The translations under genes and the position numbers were made by a program. The notes under the pieces were generated by a model that worked only from the letters and a program-made list of their open reading frames with translations, had not been told where the DNA came from and did no database searches. Shown one piece after another: positions 61,241-64,000 of a stretch of DNA of 64,000 nucleotides. Source of the DNA: Anolis carolinensis (taxonomy: Eukaryota); NCBI RefSeq assembly GCF_035594765.1, contig NC_085842.1, positions 277,869,749 through 277,933,748 on the forward strand, given 5' to 3'. How positions within the stretch are numbered: the stretch's first letter is position 1; each line of letters starts with the position of its first letter.

Positions 61241-63071
61241 GGGCCCCTGCTTCCAGACTCTCCTATCCCAATGAAGGGAGAGGGGGCTTGGAGAAAGCCA
61301 TGCCTCCCAATGGACCGGGCCTCTGTCCCCAGTCGGGGCCTTCCTAGGGGTGGCCCTGGGAGGGAGGCCCTTCCCCAGCAAAGCCCCGCTTCCTTGCCTG
61401 CCTGAAACGCCTTTGTCGGGAAGTGTTAGGGAGCTCTGGCTGTGGCTTTCGTCCTCCGCCTTCTTCTAAGAATCACATTCCTTTGGCTTACTGCTACGCT
61501 CACGTCTTGCTGGTGGTTTTGGCGAGTGCTGTAATTCTTTATATAATAACAACAATAACAATAATTTTACTCATTTTACTTTGCCACTTCGTCTGGCGCG
61601 GTGTTTCTCTCTGAGGAGTCAAAAAAGCGAAGAAGAAGAAAAGAGCGACTGGGTGGTCTCGGAGGCAAAGAATAGAGGACTGAATGGACAAAACAACTCC
61701 AGGAACCCGTTCCCTAGGACCAATATCACCTCCTTCGGGATGTGAATGGGAGCGAATGAAGAGATCTCTCGTTTGAGATGGAGGAAGGGGGTAGCCCCCC
61801 CCCCTTTAGCCGCCCCCATTTCACCCCTCGCCCCCCCCCCCAAAAACCCTACAGGAGTTGAAACGCAGAGAAGAAGAAGGGCAGATCCCGGAGATTCAAG
61901 GCTGGCCAAGCTTTTAGCTCTTTGGGTTCTTCGAGCTCTAGGAAAGCAGCCTTGGTTAAGACCCGTAGTTGGGACGAATCTCAGAGAAAATAGTCCAGGC
62001 TGGTCTCTCCTCCTTCACCAGATCCTTCAGATTTCAACAGAAAGGAGGAAACCATGGAAATGAACAAAATCTGGCTACCAGTATTAAAAAAAACCTCTGA
62101 AATCAGTCAGAAACACTCAGAAACAGAGGAATTCCAGACATGACTCAATCAGGGCCAGCTACAACCTCCCAACGAAGAATTCCCCCAGGAAGTAAGCAGC
62201 CAAACCTTGAAGCTGAAAGGCTATTCAGTGCTAATGAAGGGGGTCAATTGAAACATTAACACCTGCCTCCAACAGAAAAAGAGTTCTTTCTCCCACTCTA
62301 GATATTCCACTGCTATATAAACCCCACTTGACTAGTTTCCAATAAACCTCACAACCTCTGAGGATGCCTACCATAGATGCAGGAGAGAATGCTTCTGGAA
62401 TTGACAACATATCCTTCAGCTACTCTGCAACCGACCCCTTTCTCCCAGTTGTCAAGGTTTATGCAATAGAAAGCTATTTTTGAGATATTCTGCCCTAAAC
62501 TCGTACACTGGCAGTTCACTCTCCAGGCTGTTAGAAGAAGGAACGGGCAGAACCATCTCAGAGTATGCCTTGCCTAATAAAACCCTATGAAATTCACAAA
62601 GCACACACAACACACACACACAAACCTTCCTGCCTGAGAGAGGCCCTTCTCTCTGCCCCATTGCTTTCTCGGTCTTGTACAAACAGAAGCAAAGGCCTTC
62701 TTGGTGGCTGCTCCCAGTCTTTGGAACTCCCTGCCAAAGGAGTTCCAAAGATGCTCCCCTTCTTATTTCCTTTCTGCCTCTAAATGAAAACTTTGTGTGT
62801 ATCTCTACACCATAGAATTAATGCTGTGTGACATCACTTAAACTGCCAAGGCTCAGTGTTATGGAATCATGGGAGTTTTAGTTTGCAAGGGTTTTTTTTT
62901 CTACCAAAGAGTGCTGGTGCCTCACCAAGCTACAAATCCCAGGATTCCATAGCATTGAGTGGCGTCAAACTGTCTTAACTCTACAGTGTAGTAGATAGGC
63001 GTTCAGGAATTGACTGCTATGGGCTTTTATTTCTTATTTTGTTGATTTGTAAAGAGCCTTTTCATTTCTTG

Positions 63072-63603
63072 TGGAAGGCTTTCATGGCCATATTCACTGG
63101 GTTGCTGTGAGTTTTCCAGGCTGCATGTTCCATGTTCTCGCCAGACATTTCACTTGCATCTACAGCAGGCATCCTCAGAGGTTGCAAGGTCTGTTGCAAA
63201 CTAGGCAAGTGGGGTGTGTATATATCTGTGGAATGTTTTCCTCAGAAAACAGAGGAATTCCAGACATGACTCATTCAGGGCCAGCTAACACCTCCCAACA
63301 AAGGATTCCCCCAGGCAGTAAGCAGCCAGACCTTGAAGCTGAAAGGCTATTCAATGCTAATAAAGGTGGCCAATTGCAACATTCGCACCTACCTCAAACA
63401 GACAAGGTTTTTCTCCCACCCTGGATATTCGACAGATATATAAACCCCGATTGCCCAGTTTCCTACAGAGCTCACTACCTCTGAGGATGCTTGCCACAGA
63501 TGCAGGCGAAAAGTCAGGAAGGAATGCTTCTGGAACATGGCCATACAGCCCGGAAAACTCACAGCAACCCAGTGATTCCTGCCATGAAAGCCTTCGATAA
63601 TAC
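63072..63603. mobile_element. Inverted pair of Penelope pseudo-LTRs
   Basis: - copy about 63072-63235, + copy about 63241-63603, each with a degenerate hammerhead motif. Confidence 0.8.
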
Positions 63604-63632
63604 ATATCTAAGAAGTTAGAGCTGATACGGTC

Positions 63633-63812
63633 TTCTTGTTGTTGTTTATTCGTTCAGTCACTTCGGACTCATGGACCAGCCCACGCCAGAGCTCCCTGTC
63701 GGCCATCGCCACCCCCCTCCTTCAAGATCAAGCCAGTCATTTCAAGGATGTCATTCATCCCTCTTGCCCTTGGTCGGCCCCTCTTTCTTTTTCCTTTAAT
63801 TTTCCCCAGCAT
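63633..63812 (-). mobile_element. RTE/BovB-like LINE 3' end
   Basis: Reverse complement ...AAGAGGGGCCGACCAAGGGCAAGAGGGATGAATG...GACTGAACGAATAAACAACAACAA. Confidence 0.7.
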
Positions 63813-64000
63813 CTAGGGCTGTAGTCAAATTTTAAAAAATTTCAGTTTTTTAAAAAACCTGGTTTACTCATAAATTTTAACTGATTAACCAAATCCCCAC
63901 GAGTGTCCACTGAAGTTTATTGATGGACCCTGATTTATAAATTATTTTTGCGTTATGGAACTACTCTTCATGATTCCCTAAAAAAAGTTTCAACCCCCCC

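Overview
Squamate (almost certainly Anolis lizard) genomic DNA, repeat-rich, with three short assembly gaps. The only host coding sequence I recognise is the terminal coding exon of FAM172A/ARB2A (+ strand, 50968-51191, in a CpG island), so 1-50967 is most likely part of its very long last intron. In other vertebrates this interval is the NR2F1 regulatory landscape. The main feature is a complete, apparently very young Ty3/Gypsy (Tf1/sushi-like) LTR retrotransposon on the minus strand (11515-17187), with identical 362-bp LTRs and one uninterrupted gag-pol ORF. It shows two notable built-in mechanisms. (1) A tRNA-independent, Tf1-type self-priming PBS: an exact 11-nt complement of the predicted transcript 5' end. 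(2) A consensus splice donor at the gag/protease boundary and a consensus acceptor just after the pol stop, which would remove all of pol as a 3215-nt intron and join Gag in frame to a hidden 35-aa acidic tail running through the PPT into the 3' LTR. The window also holds a Penelope-like element (RT + GIY-YIG), about 11 Penelope pseudo-LTR hammerhead-ribozyme motifs (two with intact cores), a solo LTR, Sauria and other SINEs, L2/CR1/RTE fragments and many mariner, hAT and Harbinger-type MITEs, several of them nested or chimeric.
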